Notes under the pieces: model-generated
What the model saw: the letters and a program-made list of their open reading frames with translations, nothing else
What the model was told of the DNA's origin: nothing
The model's database searches: none
Translations under genes and position numbers: made by a program
Shown: positions 17,434 to 28,634 of the stretch, one piece after another
Numbering within the stretch: the stretch's first letter is position 1
Layout: every line of letters starts with the position of its first letter
NCBI GenBank assembly: GCA_007378985.1
Contig: VMHB01000004.1
Coordinates: 1,012-64,474 of the forward strand
Direction: 5' to 3'
From: Parcubacteria group bacterium Greene0714_7
GTDB taxonomy: Bacteria > Patescibacteriota > Minisyncoccia > Phycocordibacterales > Phycocordibacteraceae
Length of the DNA stretch: 63,463 nucleotides

Positions 17434-18668
17434 CAAAGCTCAGCGAAAAGCTTTTCGTACGCGTGCGCCTGTCCTTCAAGCGTGAAATCAGTGGTCACGC
17501 GCTCATACCCCGCGACTCCAAATCGTTTCGCTTTCTCTTTATCCATTAGGAGGTCGGCGACTTTCGCCGAGAGCGCTTCGACATCAAGCGGGTTAACTAC
17601 ATATCCGGAGACGCCGTCTTCCACGACTTCACGCGAACCGCCAAAGCATGTGGCAACCACCGGTCTGCCGACAGCGAACGCCTCCAAATTTACTGTAGGA
17701 AACGGGTCGAGATATATGGACGGCGCTACGACAACGCGCGATGCGAGGTACGCAGACCTAAGATCATCCCCTGTGATCCATCCAGTAAAAACGAGATTCT
17801 TCTCCACACCGAGCTCTGTGGCATGTTTTACCATCCGCTCCGCAAATGCATCCTGCTTCCCTGCCACAAGAAGCTGTACGCCAGGAACCGTATTGCAGAT
17901 TGCAGGCATGGCTTGAATCATCTGTATTGCTCCTTTGGGTTCCGAGAGTCTACCGCCAAAGAAAATAACGCGGTCGCCGAGGTGATGCTTTTTTACAAAT
18001 GTATCGATATTGATACTGCCCCATTCTGATACGGCAATGCCGTTGTGGATGACAGAATGTACGCGAATGCCATTGTTTTCAAGTGCACGAGCAAGCGCCG
18101 TACTCACCGCAACGCTTGCATGTACTGTCTTCCTCAAGATGTACCGAACGATAGGTGTGCGCAGAGGATTGTAGCGCCACTTATGCATGCGTAGTTGCCG
18201 GATAATAGACTCGCGATGTACTTCATCGGGAAGTTCATTTAAGACACCGCTCGGTGCGGACGGGAGCTTGCCAAAATGGAATGACATCGCATCGTGTTCC
18301 GTCATAACGACCCTCTTACCATACCTACGAGCGAGCACGAGTGAATAATATGAAAGATGTGTATGCACATTGTGCACATGCACAATGTCGGGCGCGCATT
18401 TTTTCAGCAGTCGTTCAACATCCCGCAGAGTGGCGCCATTATACAAACTTTTGTACGCGCGCAAACGCGGATGATAGGAAGAATAAAGTCGCACGACTTT
18501 CATTCCATCGACGAGTTCGCTTCCTGCATGTGCACGGTCCTGGACAGTCGTAATGGCGGTTACTTCATGACCACGCCTGGCGAATTCTTTCGCGAGTCGA
18601 TATGCAATAATCCCACCCCCGCCCACATGATACGGTGGAAGGTCATCTTGCAGGACCACTATTTTCAT
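17430..18668 (-). CDS. GT4 glycosyltransferase
   Basis: GGGGIIAYRLAKEFARRGHEV N-domain. EAFAVGRPVVAT..GG..EVVEDGVSG C-domain. Confidence 0.85.
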   Translation of the reverse strand: MKIVVLQDDLPPYHVGGGGIIAYRLAKEFARRGHEVTAITTVQDRAHAGSELVDGMKVVRLYSSYHPRLRAYKSLYNGATLRDVERLLKKCAPDIVHVHNVHTHLSYYSLVLARRYGKRVVMTEHDAMSFHFGKLPSAPSGVLNELPDEVHRESIIRQLRMHKWRYNPLRTPIVRYILRKTVHASVAVSTALARALENNGIRVHSVIHNGIAVSEWGSINIDTFVKKHHLGDRVIFFGGRLSEPKGAIQMIQAMPAICNTVPGVQLLVAGKQDAFAERMVKHATELGVEKNLVFTGWITGDDLRSAYLASRVVVAPSIYLDPFPTVNLEAFAVGRPVVATCFGGSREVVEDGVSGYVVNPLDVEALSAKVADLLMDKEKAKRFGVAGYERVTTDFTLEGQAHAYEKLFAELC

Positions 18669-18677
18669 ATAGAAATG

Positions 18678-19688
18678 TTAGAAGGATTCAACTCCGTTCT
18701 TCTTTGCGAGCTCTATATCGGCATCAAGAAGTATCTTCACGAGGTCTTTAAACTTGACCTTCGCTTCCCATCTGAGATCGCGCTTTGCCTTCGACGCGTC
18801 ACCCATCAGAGTATCAACCTCTGCTGGCCTGAAGAGTTCCTTCTTTATTTCTACATGATCTTCCCAGCGTTTGCCGATGAGCGAAAATGCTTCCTCGAGG
18901 AACTCGCGAATCGTGTGCGTCTCGCCAGTCGCGAGCACATAGTCCTCGGGCTTCTCAGCTTGGAGCATGCGCCACATAGCATCGACATACTCCGGTGCAT
19001 AACCCCAGTCGCGTTTCGCGTCGAGATTGCCGAGATAAATCTTACGCGAATGGCCAAGTGCGATATCTGCAACACCACGCGTTATTTTGCGCGTCACAAA
19101 GTTTGGTCCGCGTCGCGGACTCTCATGATTGAAAAGGATGCCGTTGACAATGAACATACCGTAGCTTTCGCGATAGCTCTTGCACATCCAGTACGCATAC
19201 AGCTTGCTTACCGCATACGGCGACTGCGGATTGAACGGCGTCGTCTCGCTCTGTGGTGTCTCGAATACCTTGCCGTAAAGTTCCGAGGTCGATGCTTGGT
19301 AGATCTTAGTGGGAACGCCACTCTGGCGAACTGCTTCTATAACGCGTGCGGCACCTAGGCCCGAGATGTCGCCTGTGTATTCTGGAATATCGAAGCTCAC
19401 GCGTACATCACTCATCGCCGCAAGATTGTAGACCTCGTCCGGCTTAACCTCTGAGACAATGCGGGAGATGGAGCTGAAGTCGCTCAGGTCTCCATAGTAA
19501 AGATACAGATTGTCGTTCTTCGTCTCTTCATCGGCAAGAGCACCTTCATGCGCGCCGATGATGTACCTACTTGAACGGCGAACGAGACCATGAACCTCGT
19601 ACCCTTTTTCTAGCAACAGGTCTGCAAGGTATGAACCATCCTGCCCCGTAATGCCCGTGATGAATGCCTTCTTCATGTTGAGACTCAT
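18678..19688 (-). CDS. gmd: GDP-mannose 4,6-dehydratase
   Basis: [39 protein letters not shown]. Start placed at MSLNMKK. Confidence 0.9.
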   Translation of the reverse strand: MSLNMKKAFITGITGQDGSYLADLLLEKGYEVHGLVRRSSRYIIGAHEGALADEETKNDNLYLYYGDLSDFSSISRIVSEVKPDEVYNLAAMSDVRVSFDIPEYTGDISGLGAARVIEAVRQSGVPTKIYQASTSELYGKVFETPQSETTPFNPQSPYAVSKLYAYWMCKSYRESYGMFIVNGILFNHESPRRGPNFVTRKITRGVADIALGHSRKIYLGNLDAKRDWGYAPEYVDAMWRMLQAEKPEDYVLATGETHTIREFLEEAFSLIGKRWEDHVEIKKELFRPAEVDTLMGDASKAKRDLRWEAKVKFKDLVKILLDADIELAKKNGVESF

Positions 19689-19722
19689 TCTATCCTCTGA
19701 TGTGGGTGTGGGCAACGCGCCA

Positions 19723-20370
19723 TTATTCCTTTCTAAAGACAAAGCACCATCCGATGGCGTGTTTTCGATTCGCCTCACTCGCATCTACGCGATCAAGAAA
19801 TATAGCAAAAGTACCCATGAGGTGGAAAATCTTGCTCATTATCCTGCCCGCGATCGCATGACGGTGGAGATGGAAGCGATCCATGAGGTAGCGAATTGTC
19901 ATCTGCGTGGACTGCGAAAAAAAGCCGCCACGCTGGTAGGATTCTACCGTCTTGAAACCGTTGCGTTCAAAAAGTTCAACGAATCCATATTTCGTGTAGC
20001 GCCAGTAGTCGTGTGGCTCGTCATGTAGTTCGTTCCACTGCGGAGCGGTAATCACCGCATAGCCACCCTTTTTTAGTACGCGAAATATCTCTTGCACACA
20101 TTTCTCTGGATACTTCACATGCTCGAGCATCTGCGTAGAGAGAATAGAATCTTTCGATTCATCGGGAAGCGGAATTGCATCTGCCGATGCGACAATATCA
20201 ATACCCTCTCCCGCATAGATATCGAGACAGGTGAATGTCTTATATGTAAAGAGGTCCTTGTAGCGGTTCTTCTCTCCCCCGCCGACATCGAGCACATCGC
20301 CCGTGAGGTGCTTCGCGACACTCATCAGTTGTTTGCGTATCAGCGTGCGTTCGACTTGGTAGATATACAT
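19723..20370 (-). CDS. Class I SAM-dependent methyltransferase
   Basis: [36 protein letters not shown]. Confidence 0.8.
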   Translation of the reverse strand: MYIYQVERTLIRKQLMSVAKHLTGDVLDVGGGEKNRYKDLFTYKTFTCLDIYAGEGIDIVASADAIPLPDESKDSILSTQMLEHVKYPEKCVQEIFRVLKKGGYAVITAPQWNELHDEPHDYWRYTKYGFVELFERNGFKTVESYQRGGFFSQSTQMTIRYLMDRFHLHRHAIAGRIMSKIFHLMGTFAIFLDRVDASEANRKHAIGWCFVFRKE

Positions 20371-20387
20371 ATGCCTACTGCTACGGA

Positions 20388-21431
20388 TTATCGCCCGAGC
20401 ATACCATGATAGAGTTGCGCATAAAGTTTTGTGAGATGCGGAATATCATGTTCGTTGGCAAATGCACGAGCTCTCTCCCCCATCTTCCGCGCGAGCTCCT
20501 TGTCACAGAGTATCTTCACGATGGCCTGTGCCGTCGCCTCGGGATTATTCTGCGGCACAAGGATTCCGGTATGTCCGTCCTCCACCGCCCCCTCAATGCC
20601 GTTACCCAGCGTTCCGACGCTTGGTAAACCGTATGCGGCGGCCTCGAGAAAGACCATACCGAATCCCTCGATGTGCGAGCCGATGTTCGATGAGGCAAGG
20701 ATAAAGAGGGACGCGCGACTATAAAAATCGTTTAGGGCCTCATCGGAAACACCCGCGAGAAATTCGACATCATCCTCGACGCCAAACTCTTGTGCGAGTG
20801 AGCGCACCGAAGCAAAGAAGCGCGACTCATCCGTCTGCGAGCCGATGATTATATAGCGCAGATTCGGAATGGTCTTCTTGGCGAGCGCAAATGCCCGCAC
20901 CGATACATCATGCCCCTTTCGCGCCTTCACTGCGCCAACGCTTATCATAAATGGTACGGCATCAGGGATGCGCGGCGTCCCCGCACCGTGGAACTTCGCC
21001 ATATCTATGCCTGGGTCGATAACCTCAACATGTACGCCTGGCACCCGTCGCTCTATCTCTTTCGCTACGAACGAACTCCCGGCGACAATGCGATCGGCTG
21101 CGCGGTAGGCCAACTTCGACAGAAGTTTCGTCTTCAGATGTTCAAGGGGCGCGAGTGCATACCCCGCTTGGGCAACGATGAGGAATTTCGCGTGCGTGAG
21201 GCGCGTCGCGACATATCCGGCAAAGCCGAGCGGATTCATATCGACCACCTGCACGATATCGGCCTTGGCCGCGGCGCGACACGCGCGGAGCACATACGAA
21301 AAAAAATGACCATCGTAGTCGAGAATATCGAGTTCAAAGCCGGCGTTCGCTATCGCCTGAATCATATTGGCCGCATTGCGACCCGAACCCGCTTTCGATT
21401 GCCTGTCGCGCACGAGAAGAAGTATTTTCAT
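20388..21431 (-). CDS. GT4 glycosyltransferase
   Basis: EGFGMVFLEAAAYGLPSV..EDGHTG. Confidence 0.85.
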   Translation of the reverse strand: MKILLLVRDRQSKAGSGRNAANMIQAIANAGFELDILDYDGHFFSYVLRACRAAAKADIVQVVDMNPLGFAGYVATRLTHAKFLIVAQAGYALAPLEHLKTKLLSKLAYRAADRIVAGSSFVAKEIERRVPGVHVEVIDPGIDMAKFHGAGTPRIPDAVPFMISVGAVKARKGHDVSVRAFALAKKTIPNLRYIIIGSQTDESRFFASVRSLAQEFGVEDDVEFLAGVSDEALNDFYSRASLFILASSNIGSHIEGFGMVFLEAAAYGLPSVGTLGNGIEGAVEDGHTGILVPQNNPEATAQAIVKILCDKELARKMGERARAFANEHDIPHLTKLYAQLYHGMLGR

Positions 21432-22861
21432 AGATTAATAGTGATGCGCTCTTCTTTCCCGAGAAGCGTACCGTATTTCGTCCCCGACGACACAAGAACC
21501 TCTAATGAATCTCCCTTCAGGGCGAACGATGACACTTTGCCATACCGCGCACTATAGCGCGGTAGGAACATCACGATGCACTCCCGCACGAAGCGCCACA
21601 TACGCAGAACGGCTTCGCGGATGTACCCACCACGGAGTGCGTACCAGGTGTGATTGACTGTTTCTCGGATTGAAAAAAGAAATGCGGGCGGAAGCGCCGG
21701 ACATCTAAGACTCCACTGTACTGATCCCTCGAGTCCGTTGTCGTAGATACCTTCATTGAAGTTGCGCTTTTGCCACCTAGCGTTTACAAGAACACGATGT
21801 GAGGAATTCGTGTCCGTAAATACTTCAGTGCCTTCGAAACGAAACGAGAAGTCCTCTAAAGACGATGCACTGTAGAACTTCAAATTGATATCATTAATAC
21901 GTAGCATCCACGCGAGATGTGCTGTCCAAAATATCGGGCATTGGAAATTCACCGGCGCGCCGATGTGCGAGTGCAAGTATCCATCAAAGAAGTGCCTGCG
22001 TGTTTGGAACAAAAGATTGTGGAGTGCAACACCAGCCACCGACTCTTTTGAGTGAGCGAGCGCATACGCATCGAAGCCAGCGGAGGCGACCTCATACGGA
22101 GATTGCCAGTACCAGCGTTTACATTCCATTCGCAAATCCTTAGTCCCATCCGCCAGGTACATCGAAAGGAGCGCCCGCTCACTTTGACGCAATCGTTCTT
22201 CAAAAGGCGTCGCGTCTATTCCTGTGGCATCGAGTGAATACCGGATGAACGCTATGCAACGCGACTGGTAGAAAGTTGTGATGCCTTCATATCCTTCAAA
22301 ATTACCATGCTCACTCGCGTGGGGCATATAGAGAAAGAAGCCATCAACAGTCATGTCGGCGAACGCCTGCTCGATACTCGCACGGACAACATCATCATAT
22401 TCGTGCGTGCCCGCATAGTTTGCGTACGAGGCAAGACCAGTGAGCCCCCAGAGACGCTGATTGGTGATCGATTTTTCTGCGGCAGCATTCACGAGATAAC
22501 TTTCGACGACATCCCGTAACCCTGCCGTATACTCTTCATGCTCTTTGTTTGTAAATGCACTCTGATGCAGACGGAGAAAGCGAGATATGGAGTCGACGCA
22601 TGCGCCGGTGTCGATTACATTCTGCGACATATTCATCGGGTTCATATGCCCTGGGTAGAAGACCTTTCCTGCTTTTGTGTCGGTCACGAGGGTGAAGAGA
22701 TATGCAATAAGCTTCTTCCCTTTCTCAATTTCGCCGAGAGTCGAATAGAAATCGAGTAGGTAGCAGTTGCTCCCTGTATGCTCGACATGATGCTTGCTAC
22801 AGCTTTTATGTTCCTCCAAATATGAAGTAGCGCCCTGAACGAGTGTGTTGAAGGTGTTCAT
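21428..22861 (-). CDS. Hypothetical protein (possible alpha/alpha-toroid polysaccharide-modifying enzyme)
   Basis: Long ORF with protein-like composition. Start placed at MNTFNTLV, which overlaps the upstream stop as ATGA. No motif recognised with confidence. Confidence 0.45.
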   Translation of the reverse strand: MNTFNTLVQGATSYLEEHKSCSKHHVEHTGSNCYLLDFYSTLGEIEKGKKLIAYLFTLVTDTKAGKVFYPGHMNPMNMSQNVIDTGACVDSISRFLRLHQSAFTNKEHEEYTAGLRDVVESYLVNAAAEKSITNQRLWGLTGLASYANYAGTHEYDDVVRASIEQAFADMTVDGFFLYMPHASEHGNFEGYEGITTFYQSRCIAFIRYSLDATGIDATPFEERLRQSERALLSMYLADGTKDLRMECKRWYWQSPYEVASAGFDAYALAHSKESVAGVALHNLLFQTRRHFFDGYLHSHIGAPVNFQCPIFWTAHLAWMLRINDINLKFYSASSLEDFSFRFEGTEVFTDTNSSHRVLVNARWQKRNFNEGIYDNGLEGSVQWSLRCPALPPAFLFSIRETVNHTWYALRGGYIREAVLRMWRFVRECIVMFLPRYSARYGKVSSFALKGDSLEVLVSSGTKYGTLLGKEERITINL

Positions 22862-23670
22862 AGATGACGAATATTGGCACCAATCACGGTGATGAGCGCG
22901 AGATGATAGCGTACTCTGCCCCATTCTACCGAGAGGGGCATGCAGGTACTCCATGGATACCGTGCACGGTCGTGTATCGTGCGGAGTATCACACCAGTCG
23001 CTGAGCGCAGATTGCGCGGAACCACAGCAAAAAGGAATCGCACGAGTCCCATGTCAGCATGGCGCTCACGCTCTATCTCGACAAATTTCCAATTCCGCTC
23101 CATGTAGCGTTCGATGTAGTCCTGCTCAAGATACACATGCCACGGTGCGTCGAGCGTCGTCCGATTCACGTCAATGGTATTAGTGAACACGGGACGCTCA
23201 TGCACCGGCTTCTTAAATAAGATTCCGCGGTCGGTGCGTACGATCCGGTACTGGTAGCCGGGGTAATTAGATGAGTGTTCTATCATGCGCTCACCTATCC
23301 ACATGCGAATGGGGATGCGGTAGCCGTCTTCTATGCCACTCGTCGCGATACGTGTGAGCGTCTCAATGAGCTCCGGCGAGGCCGCTTCGTCAGAGTCGAT
23401 ATAGAGAAAATACGGATGCCGTGCGACCGCAAGGCATTGATTGCGCACGCCGGAGTAATCTGCGAGTCGACCGTCAACGCGCTTAAATGTGGCACCCTGT
23501 TCGATGATGCGCGCTCCATATTCATGCGCCAGTGAAAGGGTCTCATCGGTCGAGCCGCCATCACAGATAATGATGTCGTCGCACATTTTAATCGACTCAA
23601 GCGCGCGCTTGAGCGTGCGGGCTGAATTGAATGTCAAAATGCCGACCGAAACCGGAATTTTCTTTATCAT
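22858..23670 (-). CDS. GT2 glycosyltransferase
   Basis: VSVGILTFNSARTLKRALESI..CDGGSTDET..DSDE. Confidence 0.85.
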   Translation of the reverse strand: MIKKIPVSVGILTFNSARTLKRALESIKMCDDIIICDGGSTDETLSLAHEYGARIIEQGATFKRVDGRLADYSGVRNQCLAVARHPYFLYIDSDEAASPELIETLTRIATSGIEDGYRIPIRMWIGERMIEHSSNYPGYQYRIVRTDRGILFKKPVHERPVFTNTIDVNRTTLDAPWHVYLEQDYIERYMERNWKFVEIERERHADMGLVRFLFAVVPRNLRSATGVILRTIHDRARYPWSTCMPLSVEWGRVRYHLALITVIGANIRHL

Positions 23671-24311
23671 GCCGTCTGCTTATTAAGAAGCGAAAAAAAT
23701 AGAGTAAGTCCTAACAAGCCACTCAGTACATATCCCTTTTCTTCAAGATATTTTTGTACAGGACTTCCCACTTCTGCTTCAACCGCGATAACTTTTGGGG
23801 GTATATTCCAGTTATGAGATTGTAAAACCTCTAAATCCATGCCTTCCACATCAATATTCATGAAATCAATCGAAGATACATGATTTTCAGATAAAATATC
23901 AGCAAGTGGACGTAGTGCCTGACCTCCTTCTCCCTCTACAAATGTATTATATGCCCCATCATCAAACTGCTTATAGACACGCACTCCATTGCCGACACCG
24001 GTACATACAAACGTGTCGCGAGGACGAAATATACGAAAGAGTATTTTTGTAATCGGATTTGGATCAATTGCAATACCACGCCAGCCCTTTTTATAGAGTG
24101 CATAGGTTACAGAATATAAATGCGGATGATATGCGCCAACGTCTACATAAAATCCGTCACGCTTGTGGCGGAATTTTGACATTGCATACACATCTTCTCC
24201 ATACTGACTGTAAGAGCGCATAGAACCACGACCAAGTAGGAGCTTGAGTGCGGTTTTTACGATTGCCTTCACCGTTGATGGTTTACTGCCTTGAGGTAAT
24301 GCCTTAAACAT
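23667..24311 (-). CDS. FkbM-family methyltransferase
   Basis: FYVDVGAYHP, IAIDPNP, MNIDVEGMDLEVL. Confidence 0.75.
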   Translation of the reverse strand: MFKALPQGSKPSTVKAIVKTALKLLLGRGSMRSYSQYGEDVYAMSKFRHKRDGFYVDVGAYHPHLYSVTYALYKKGWRGIAIDPNPITKILFRIFRPRDTFVCTGVGNGVRVYKQFDDGAYNTFVEGEGGQALRPLADILSENHVSSIDFMNIDVEGMDLEVLQSHNWNIPPKVIAVEAEVGSPVQKYLEEKGYVLSGLLGLTLFFSLLNKQTA

Positions 24312-25074
24312 ATTTTTTAATCAAACTTCTGAACATAGCATACCAGTGTTGAACCATGCTGACATACCGCACTACATCTTTTTCACCGTCGTCCTTCAAA
24401 ACAACGATCCGTGGCAAAAGCCATCGGCTTTTGCCACGGCGCACGAGGTCACGCTTTATGGAAAATGCGGCGTCATATCCTGCCACTCGCACGACATCCA
24501 CTGCTTTTGCAGAATAGTTACCTCCTGGATATGCGAAGTAGCGTGCGACAAAAGGTGCTCGTACTTCATCCTCAAGCACGCTCCCCGAGAGTTTCCCAAG
24601 GTTGGCATGCGTGCGCGAGTGGTAGCCGATCTCAATGCGCGGATGTGCACGCACGCGTGCTAGTGCGTCCGCATTAAGCAGCGGAAGTGCATTGCCAAGT
24701 GCCGAGCGTGCACCCACTTCATCTCCCATGACAAAAATGGTCGCCGGTGCGTCGAACTCATCGAGAATGGGAAGCGCAGCAGATTCGAAATCAGCATAGC
24801 CATCGTCAAACGTAAGTGCGACCGCCTTGCACGGAACCGACGCACCGCCCTGATATGCTACGACGTCACTGAGCGATATGAACGAGTAACCGTCGGCTTT
24901 CAAACGACTCAAGTGCGTACGGAACATCTTTGACGTCACGGCGGTGTCAAGCGGTGCATTGGAGATCGAGTGGTATGCGAGAATTGATACCTCACTGAAG
25001 CGACACCACGGTTCTATGGTGCGATACAGGAAAAAGAGAACCGAGGATAGACAGACTTTAAGTATGCGCTTCAT
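24304..25074 (-). CDS. Polysaccharide deacetylase (NodB-type)
   Basis: ILAYHSI, ALTFDDGYADF, IGYHSRTH. Start placed at MKRILKV. Confidence 0.8.
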   Translation of the reverse strand: MKRILKVCLSSVLFFLYRTIEPWCRFSEVSILAYHSISNAPLDTAVTSKMFRTHLSRLKADGYSFISLSDVVAYQGGASVPCKAVALTFDDGYADFESAALPILDEFDAPATIFVMGDEVGARSALGNALPLLNADALARVRAHPRIEIGYHSRTHANLGKLSGSVLEDEVRAPFVARYFAYPGGNYSAKAVDVVRVAGYDAAFSIKRDLVRRGKSRWLLPRIVVLKDDGEKDVVRYVSMVQHWYAMFRSLIKKYV

Positions 25075-25075
25075 A

Positions 25076-25261
25076 TTATATAAGAATAGCGTCAATGAGC
25101 ATCAAGAGCGAGTGTTCGTTCAGAGCTAGTAAGGAGAGTATTATCCAATGCGCTTTAGGACTTCCTGCGTGTGTGTTCTGAGTCAGCTCGTCGCCACCGA
25201 ACCGTGCAAAGACCTCGCACATTTTCATGACCTGTACATCATGAACCCACTCGGTCAACAT
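25076..25261 (-). CDS. 61-aa hypothetical small protein
   Basis: ORF ends 1 nt before the next ATG. Its C-terminus (SLLMLIDAILI) has a degenerate paralog at 28818-28915. Confidence 0.3.
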   Translation of the reverse strand: MLTEWVHDVQVMKMCEVFARFGGDELTQNTHAGSPKAHWIILSLLALNEHSLLMLIDAILI

Positions 25262-25287
25262 ATGAATGCTGACAGCATAGACTATCT

Positions 25288-26502
25288 TTATGCTATATGT
25301 TTCCGCTTTTTTTCTGATAGCGCCGTAACAATCTTAAAAACGGCGTGGGCTGCGTAAAGATATATGAATGGATACAGCGGATATACAAATTCCTGTATAG
25401 GAGATATATCCTTGAATTGACTTGGCGCACCGTAGCCGATTACCGCAAACAATATGTACGCGAGAAGTGTGAAAAATAATGCTGATAAAAAGTGGTGGCG
25501 CATCAACCACACGCCAACAACCGCAAACAAAACAACGACGCCGTGCGCAAAAAATATGGATGCCTTCAGAAAAAGTGTTGCGACATCAACTTCGTCAGAC
25601 AGTATTTTTGTGCGCACGAAAGAAAGTACAGCTTGCCGATAACTCACTGGAGTATATTGCGCAAGCGCATCCACATCCGGCGGAGAAAAAAGCATGGACA
25701 ATGCCGTTTCGAATACTAAAGAGGGTGTCTGTATAAATGGGCGTATGAGCAATGAGCGAGTATCTGAATCAAAAAGCACGCTTGTCTCCACTCTTTTTTG
25801 AACAAATGGCGCAGAAACTTCAAGCCCTTCATGTACTGCAATATTACGCACGTACCACGGCACCATGAGTGTGAGGATAGAAGTAATAAAAATAAGTAGT
25901 GCGACCATACTTCGCACGGTGAATAGTCGACGACGTATAAGGAATATAAACCAGATGAGTATAATGGGTATGACATAGACTCCTATTGGATCAGTGAGTG
26001 CGGCAAAACCAAGTGCAGTACCGGCAACGAGTGGATAGACACCTGATGTGCGAAGAGAAGCATACCAGATACACAAAATGCTCCATGTGATAAGAGTGGT
26101 ATAGAAAAGCATGCTATCAAGCGCAAAAAGTTGCAATGTTACCGCCGGCAGGAGCATAAGCAGAGCGGCAATGCGGCCAGTATGTTCACTTCTGAATATG
26201 TCTCTCCCTATCAAATACACCCCGCCAATCAAAATCAAAAAGAGCGCGAGCTGGATAACGCGCGCACTTATAATGTTTAGGTCAGTAAAAAAAGCGAAGC
26301 TGGCGAGTAGCAGAGGAAATCCTGGAGCTATATACAGATCCGGACCAAAGGTCCCGCCCTCTATCAGAAAGGAGGTAATGCGCAAATAAATTTCCCAATA
26401 TCCTACCGAGTGTGAAAATGAAAACGGGACTGAAAACACAACCGTAATAAGTGCGACAATGAGAAAAAACAATACCAAAAGAGTGGAACGCGTATACTTC
26501 AT
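25288..26502 (-). CDS. GT-C-like polytopic membrane glycosyltransferase candidate
   Basis: 404 aa, about 11 TM segments, glycan-locus context. Confidence 0.55.
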   Translation of the reverse strand: MKYTRSTLLVLFFLIVALITVVFSVPFSFSHSVGYWEIYLRITSFLIEGGTFGPDLYIAPGFPLLLASFAFFTDLNIISARVIQLALFLILIGGVYLIGRDIFRSEHTGRIAALLMLLPAVTLQLFALDSMLFYTTLITWSILCIWYASLRTSGVYPLVAGTALGFAALTDPIGVYVIPIILIWFIFLIRRRLFTVRSMVALLIFITSILTLMVPWYVRNIAVHEGLEVSAPFVQKRVETSVLFDSDTRSLLIRPFIQTPSLVFETALSMLFSPPDVDALAQYTPVSYRQAVLSFVRTKILSDEVDVATLFLKASIFFAHGVVVLFAVVGVWLMRHHFLSALFFTLLAYILFAVIGYGAPSQFKDISPIQEFVYPLYPFIYLYAAHAVFKIVTALSEKKRKHIA

Positions 26503-28634
26503 ATATCATCGGCGGTAACGGCACCTGTCCGTACCTGCTCACTAATTTCGATTATCTGTTGCGATGATTGAGGAAAACGTTCACGACATTCGTTAAGTGT
26601 GGTGAGTGTACGTGGCACGCTTCCCCTTTTTAACTCTGCGGCGGCGAGCGATATACACGTCTGTGGATCCGGGCGCGCAATAAGTTCATCAGTAAGCAAA
26701 CTAATAACCTCCTCATAGTGTTCGTTAAGCATAAGCGCTTCAATTATACGTTCGTCAAAGAGTAAAGGTATTCCAAACCCCTCTTGTAGAATTTCTTTCG
26801 CTTCTTCAAGAGCATCAGCATATATAAGCGCAGAGGCATACTCAATGCGCGACTGATCAATGTAGTACTGATATTTCACGGTATGAGGGAAGAGGGATTC
26901 GAGCATAAACACATGCTTGGCCTCATCCCGCATTTTTTCATAATTCCCCTGTGTAAAGTATGCCTCTGCAAGCAGTTGGTGGACGTCTTTGCGCATTGGC
27001 GCCCTTTCTCGCGCCCGTTCCAAAAAATGGACTGCCGCTTCACTATTCCGATTCTGCATAGCAATGTATCCGGCGGTGACAATAACTCTCACCGACGCAC
27101 GGTCGTCTGTAGCCAGTGGAGCGAGTGTGGTATATCCGGCCTCAAGCAACGCGGTGTCTGTCGGTTGCTCACTCAACACGCTCTCAACAAACGCAAGCGC
27201 CAGCCCTTCGTGATCGAACAGACTCGCCCTAAGACCGGCCTCAAGAGCGGCTATCCGTTCTGTCGCGGAGTATGACGACAATGTACTTTTGCGAACTGCA
27301 GAGAGCGCGTAGGCCGGCACAACAACACAAACGCTGAGCGTAACAACTAGGGCAACTGCGACAATACTTGTGCTTATTGTTCGCGAGAGCACTATCCGCG
27401 ACGCGTCAGCATCCGACACGCTGTTCCAATGCAGATACGCAAACACAACGATGAGCGGTATCAGACTCGCAAATGTATCAAAAAGAAATAACCCATGCAC
27501 AAGGTATGCAGCGATTAATCCAAGCAGTGCCATGCGAATATGACGCGGAAGCGGGGTGTCTCGTGTAATGAGAAAGTACGCCACAGCCGCAAACATGGCG
27601 AAATATGTGATTACAAGCGATACGCCTCCAGCAATAAACCAATCAAATATCGCGCTGTGCGCGCGGTCAAACCATGGTTCTTGCAAGGAGAGGCGTGGAT
27701 CGTAATATGTATTGAATACATGGTCAAAATTTCCAGCACCCCATCCAAGCACCGGTCGTTCGCTGATACCGTGAAGTGCAATATTCCACACCTGTACACG
27801 TGATTCCTCAGCAACTTGCGCCAATGATATAGGAAATGCCCTGTCAGCAGACAAGGTACCGAGCAACACTCCAGAGCTCACGATAAGCACCACGATCAGC
27901 ATCGCAACCACAAAAAAACGTTTTGAAACGTGCCGTGCTGATTCAGTGCCGCGGTACCACACAAAACCGCCGAGCGTTACAAGAGCGCCAACAGCGAAAC
28001 CGAGCAATGCACCACGCGTTCCGGACGCAACTAGCGCAATAAAACCGAGCGCCAAACAAAAAGCAAGCATGTTTTTTATAGCACCGCGACGTGCCGATAC
28101 GTATGCGGCGAAAATAACGAACAGGTGAAGCAGGGTGTATGAAGCAAAATATGACGGATTCCCCCACACTCCACTGGCACGCACATCAATATCTCCCGAT
28201 GCCAGCCACACCATGAGCGCGCCAATAGTAGTAACAGCATAGACTGTAATGGAGAGGCCTATGAGTCGCTTCCATGTTGATTGGGATGCAGACGTTGCCA
28301 GCATGACGAAGAGTCCCGCTAAATGGAGAAACGTGAGTAAACCATCCATACGTTCATATGTTGACCAAAAACTTTTTCCAGTATTCATCCCCCACAGAGC
28401 GGTAAAGGATAGAAGTGTGATAAATGCGGTGACCGCAACTGAGATCGGCGACACGAAACTCTTTCTTGGTAACAGTCCCCGTAAAAGTCCGACGAGCCAT
28501 ACCGCAAATATCACTTCAATAACGACGTAGATAAAGAGTGCCTTACTTGACACGAAAGGAAATAAAAAACCGTCCCATGCGAAAAGAGGGTACAGTGGTA
28601 TTAACAAGATTCCCTTTTCAAAAAACCAACGCAT
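26499..28634 (-). CDS. Wzy/O-antigen-ligase-like membrane protein with C-terminal TPR-like domain (paralog of 8167..10527)
   Basis: FDRAHSAIFDWFIAGGV and the same architecture as the first copy. Confidence 0.75.
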   Translation of the reverse strand: MRWFFEKGILLIPLYPLFAWDGFLFPFVSSKALFIYVVIEVIFAVWLVGLLRGLLPRKSFVSPISVAVTAFITLLSFTALWGMNTGKSFWSTYERMDGLLTFLHLAGLFVMLATSASQSTWKRLIGLSITVYAVTTIGALMVWLASGDIDVRASGVWGNPSYFASYTLLHLFVIFAAYVSARRGAIKNMLAFCLALGFIALVASGTRGALLGFAVGALVTLGGFVWYRGTESARHVSKRFFVVAMLIVVLIVSSGVLLGTLSADRAFPISLAQVAEESRVQVWNIALHGISERPVLGWGAGNFDHVFNTYYDPRLSLQEPWFDRAHSAIFDWFIAGGVSLVITYFAMFAAVAYFLITRDTPLPRHIRMALLGLIAAYLVHGLFLFDTFASLIPLIVVFAYLHWNSVSDADASRIVLSRTISTSIVAVALVVTLSVCVVVPAYALSAVRKSTLSSYSATERIAALEAGLRASLFDHEGLALAFVESVLSEQPTDTALLEAGYTTLAPLATDDRASVRVIVTAGYIAMQNRNSEAAVHFLERARERAPMRKDVHQLLAEAYFTQGNYEKMRDEAKHVFMLESLFPHTVKYQYYIDQSRIEYASALIYADALEEAKEILQEGFGIPLLFDERIIEALMLNEHYEEVISLLTDELIARPDPQTCISLAAAELKRGSVPRTLTTLNECRERFPQSSQQIIEISEQVRTGAVTADDI

